From assembly GCA_965249275.1 (NCBI GenBank), contig CBDFLQ010000007.1:672001-736000 (forward strand): 64,000 bases of DNA. The letters run 5' to 3'. Shown piece after piece: positions 60,697 to 64,000 of this stretch (the stretch's first letter is position 1; each line of letters starts with the position of its first letter). The translations under genes were made by a program, and so were the position numbers. The notes beneath the pieces are model-generated. The model ran no database searches. It worked only from the letters and a program-made list of their open reading frames with translations, and had not been told where the DNA came from. This DNA comes from Dehalococcoidia bacterium. Lineage in GTDB: Bacteria > Chloroflexota > Dehalococcoidia > Plut-88900.

Positions 60697-61649
60697 TTGC
60701 CGTCTCCCTCCCATTTTTCAAATATACGCTTGATCCGCTTGGCCCCGGGCCGTTTCTTATGGAGGTATGGCAGGGGCGCTTTGCGGTGTGCCATCGCCTT
60801 GGCAGCCGTAGGCACTAGGTGCATCAGGCCGCCTATATTGGTTAATCCCTCGCTCTCGATGGCGAGACGGGCTTCGTCCAGCCAACCACTGGATTTGATG
60901 GACTTAGCGAAGCTGTCGTTGTGGCGCACCACCCGCGGTGTGCCAATGCCCCGCTTAATTGCCTCATCCCTCAACGATAGTATCCTGTCCGTCGGGTCGA
61001 TCCCCTTTGGGCAATGCTCCGTCGCCTCGAAACAGTGGACGCAGTCCCACATCCCACCTTTTTGGCTAAGCTCGTTTAGCCGCCTCACAGTCACCCGGTC
61101 CCGAGGGTCGGCTACCGACTTAAAAGCCTTGGTGAGAGCCGCAGGCCCCAGGAACGTCTTGTCTATGACCAGCACCGTACAGCCTTCGTCGCACATCCCA
61201 CAGAGGGTGCAACTGGAAGCTTCCTGTAGTTCCCTGGTTTTCTTCTGGGAGACGATGTGCTCTTCCGTCGGGCTGGGCGGTGAGGATTCGATCCAGGGTT
61301 TTACGGCAGCGTACTTGTCTAGCAGAAACTCGTCCTGGTCATATATCAGGTCCTTGACCCCCTTGACCAACCGGGGCGGGCCCAGGGTTATCTCGCCTTT
61401 GACCTGGGCCTTCGCCACCGGCATCCGGCAGGCCCACTTGGCCTTGCCGTTGACACCCATCGTACAGTCGCCACAGAAACCCGTGCGGCAGGAGCCGCGG
61501 AAAGATAGGGTGGCGTCCTGTTCGTCACGGACCTGGATTAAGGCGTCCAATACCGAGCTTTGCTCGTCCACCTCGACGGAGTAAGTCTGGTGGCTGCCGT
61601 TACCGTTGGACACGGGATCGTAGCGGCGTACCTTCAGATTAACCTGCAT
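60693..61649 (-). CDS. sdhB: Succinate dehydrogenase/fumarate reductase Fe-S subunit
   Basis: [11 protein letters not shown] [2Fe-2S], [23 protein letters not shown]. Confidence 0.88.
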   Translation of the reverse strand: MQVNLKVRRYDPVSNGNGSHQTYSVEVDEQSSVLDALIQVRDEQDATLSFRGSCRTGFCGDCTMGVNGKAKWACRMPVAKAQVKGEITLGPPRLVKGVKDLIYDQDEFLLDKYAAVKPWIESSPPSPTEEHIVSQKKTRELQEASSCTLCGMCDEGCTVLVIDKTFLGPAALTKAFKSVADPRDRVTVRRLNELSQKGGMWDCVHCFEATEHCPKGIDPTDRILSLRDEAIKRGIGTPRVVRHNDSFAKSIKSSGWLDEARLAIESEGLTNIGGLMHLVPTAAKAMAHRKAPLPYLHKKRPGAKRIKRIFEKWEGDGK

Positions 61650-63308
61650 CTAGCTGCTCCCTTCCGGTTTCCAGCGAGTTACCGTCACGGGTTCATATTC
61701 CAATTGAGGCCCGTTACCCGAGGCCCGTGCCACGGTATGTTTGAGCCAGTTTTCATCGTCTCTATTGGGGAAGTCCAGGCGGGAGTGAGAACCTCGGCTC
61801 TCTTCTCGGGCTAAGGCGGATGCTACGGTAACCTGGGCTATGTCCAGCATGTTGCCCAGCTCGATTATCGAAGCAACCTCCGTGTTGTAACCTGTTGCAG
61901 GGCCCTGGATTCCGACAGCGTCACACCGCTCGCGCAATTCTGAGAGCTTTTCTACAGCTGCATTGAGGCCGGAGGCGTCCCGGTATATGCCCACGTTGTC
62001 CTGCATCAGAGAGGCTAGTTCCCGTCTTATCACACCGGCAGACTCGACTCCCTTTTCCCTGGCCGATATTCCCGCTATTCTCCTCTCCTCGTCTGCCTGC
62101 TGGACAGACAGGTCGGGCGCGGGACCTGCGATTCCTGCGACACCCGCCGCTGACGCTCCTGCGCGCCGCCCTACGGCCACGCTCTCCAGCAAAGAGTTGC
62201 CTCCAAGCCGGTTGGCGCCGTTCAGGCCCGAGTTCGCACACTCACCCGCGGCGAAAAGTCCGGCAACCTGGGAAGCCCCGGATGCATCTATCTTGATACC
62301 ACCGATGGGGCGATGCATGGCCGGTTGAACTGGTACCGGGTCCTTGGTTATGTCAATGCCTGTTAGGTCTTTGACGAGGAGGCGGGTCTCGGGAAGCCGT
62401 TGGGCCAGCCGATCAGAGTCAAGGCTGCGGAAGTCAAGGAAGATGGCCGCACTGGCAATTTCATCAGCCACGGCTCGGGTGACTACATCATTGGAAGATA
62501 GCGCAATGGCAGCGCCCGCATCGCCGGATGCGATAGGTCCGTCGTCGGAGCGGACCAGAATTGCCCCTTCACCCCTCGCGGCCGCAGTGATCAAGAGGCC
62601 ATTGGGCGCCAGGGCCGTTGGAGCGAACTGGACCATCTCCATGTCCCGCAGGGGGGCGCCAGCCCGGTAAGCCATAGCAGGCCCGTCGGCAGTGGAAGCC
62701 GTCGAGCCCGTGCTGTTGCGGTACATTCGGCCCATCCCTCCGGTTGCCAGTACCACTGCCCCGGAGGAATAGGCAGCCAATGTGCCGTCCTTCAGGTTGC
62801 GGGCAAACACACCCTGGCAGGAACCGTCATCCATAGTAATCAAGGATACGGCGGACCATTCGTAAAAGAGAGGTATCTGCATCCTGAGGACCTGTTCGAA
62901 AAGGGAGTTCAGGATGTTGTGACCCGTGGCGTCGGCACAGTAGCAGGTCCGAGCCTCGGAGGAAGCGGGAAAGCGGGTCTGGTGTATGCGTCCTTCGGCA
63001 TTACGGTCAAATGGGACGCCCATGTGCTCGAGTCCTATGACTCGGGCGGGAGCCTCCTGGCAGACGGCTTCAACCACGTCCTGGTCGGAGAGGTATGCGC
63101 CCGCCTTCACGGTGTCGAGACCATGAGACTCCCAGGCATTGTCACCCCTGAGGCCCGCGTTTATACCGCTATGAGCCCCCGACGAGTGGCTGCGGAGCGG
63201 GTGTTGCTTGGAAAGTATGCAGACGTTGGCTCCATGCTCCCGGGCCGACAGGGCGGCGCTCATTCCGGCGAAGCCTCCGCCAACTACTACTACGTCATAT
63301 CGAGGCAA
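61650..63308 (-). CDS. sdhA: SdhA/FrdA-like flavoprotein with altered active site
   Basis: GGGFAG, RSHS (covalent FAD His), ATGG, GANRLGGNSL, REESRG; TTG start after AGGAGG. Confidence 0.8.
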   Translation of the reverse strand: MPRYDVVVVGGGFAGMSAALSAREHGANVCILSKQHPLRSHSSGAHSGINAGLRGDNAWESHGLDTVKAGAYLSDQDVVEAVCQEAPARVIGLEHMGVPFDRNAEGRIHQTRFPASSEARTCYCADATGHNILNSLFEQVLRMQIPLFYEWSAVSLITMDDGSCQGVFARNLKDGTLAAYSSGAVVLATGGMGRMYRNSTGSTASTADGPAMAYRAGAPLRDMEMVQFAPTALAPNGLLITAAARGEGAILVRSDDGPIASGDAGAAIALSSNDVVTRAVADEIASAAIFLDFRSLDSDRLAQRLPETRLLVKDLTGIDITKDPVPVQPAMHRPIGGIKIDASGASQVAGLFAAGECANSGLNGANRLGGNSLLESVAVGRRAGASAAGVAGIAGPAPDLSVQQADEERRIAGISAREKGVESAGVIRRELASLMQDNVGIYRDASGLNAAVEKLSELRERCDAVGIQGPATGYNTEVASIIELGNMLDIAQVTVASALAREESRGSHSRLDFPNRDDENWLKHTVARASGNGPQLEYEPVTVTRWKPEGSS

Positions 63309-63442
63309 TGGCTCCTCCTGTTTGGAAATAGAACGCGGCTATCAGGGCTGTGGCCGCGGCGCGATTATATTTAATGGCTGGGGCGGGTGTCAAAAGGATG
63401 TACTCGTTCGGTAGGTTAGCGACACACCGGCCTTTTCTTCAG

Positions 63443-63472
63443 TCCTCCAGAGGCGGATCCTCCAGAGGCGGA
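63443..63472. repeat. Tandem pair of 15-nt mini-hairpins (TCCTCCAGAGGCGGA x2)
   Basis: Exact direct duplication, similar to the nested TCCGCC-N2/3-GGCGGA unit. Confidence 0.6.
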
Positions 63473-64000
63473 TGTTCCATCTTCGATTGTGGGGTTTCGG
63501 TTTCCGTTCTGTCTGTTGGGTTTTGGGAAGGCGATGGAAGACGCTTGCTGGATTCGGCTCCCTATTTTTAGATAATGCGGGCTTGGAGGCGTCCCGGGAA
63601 CGTGGGGACGGGTCTCCGCCGCCGCCTAGACCTGGAAGTATGGTCGGACGTACGGGTCCGTCATCCGTCATAGGCTCCGATGCAGGGTTGGCTGCGCTGT
63701 CCGCCGCAGGCGGGTGCAGGAAGGGGAAAGTCCAGGGTCAGTTCCCCTCGCAGGAGTACGGGGTATCCAGTTCGCCGCCTGTAGCCCGGAGCCGGGAGAC
63801 GGCGGCAGCCCAGTTTATTTGGTAAGCGGACGGAGAGCCGAGCGGGCCTCGGCTACGGGCTGCCCCGTTCCGCTCCATGGGACGAGAGCTCCGAAAGGAG
63901 CCATAGGGACAATTACGGTCCAGGGCGTCTTCCATCGCCTGATGGTCAGGGAAGGGATAGCCGGGGCCCTGGGTAGAGGAGATGGCGGCGTTCGCTTGTG

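Noticed and set aside
63390-64000. ORFs at the right edge
   Set aside because: Short, low-complexity frames with no recognisable motif; cannot be assigned without more sequence

Overview
GC-rich bacterial chromosomal segment, most likely Chloroflexota class Dehalococcoidia (SAR202-like). This placement is inferred from the 16S sequence, the unlinked rRNA gene and the several LLM monooxygenase paralogs. Core genes: nnr, acpS, valS, polX, secA, prs, a dnaJ-hspR-clpC / hsp20 divergon, a thrC-like/NIL/MoaD trio, aroKB-aroC-aroE, ruvX, alaS and a type-E-like Sdh cluster. These are interspersed with catabolic paralogs (LLM, amidohydrolase, LarA-like, CoA ligase/ECH, MmgE/PrpD). Most notable: (1) an operon of five ureohydrolase (arginase-fold) paralogs in which three metal-site-degenerate copies accompany two intact ones, suggesting heteromeric guanidino hydrolases; (2) several palindromic REP-like families nested inside each other, with a recurrent 21-nt mini-hairpin insert; one composite sits in frame inside valS and another copy was hit by a 1196-bp IS5 at its CTAG; (3) a stand-alone 16S rRNA gene with a ~113-nt helix-6 region; (4) an SdhA lacking several dicarboxylate-site residues. 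No CRISPR array, tRNA or prophage was seen. All calls come from motif recognition by eye; no database searches were run.
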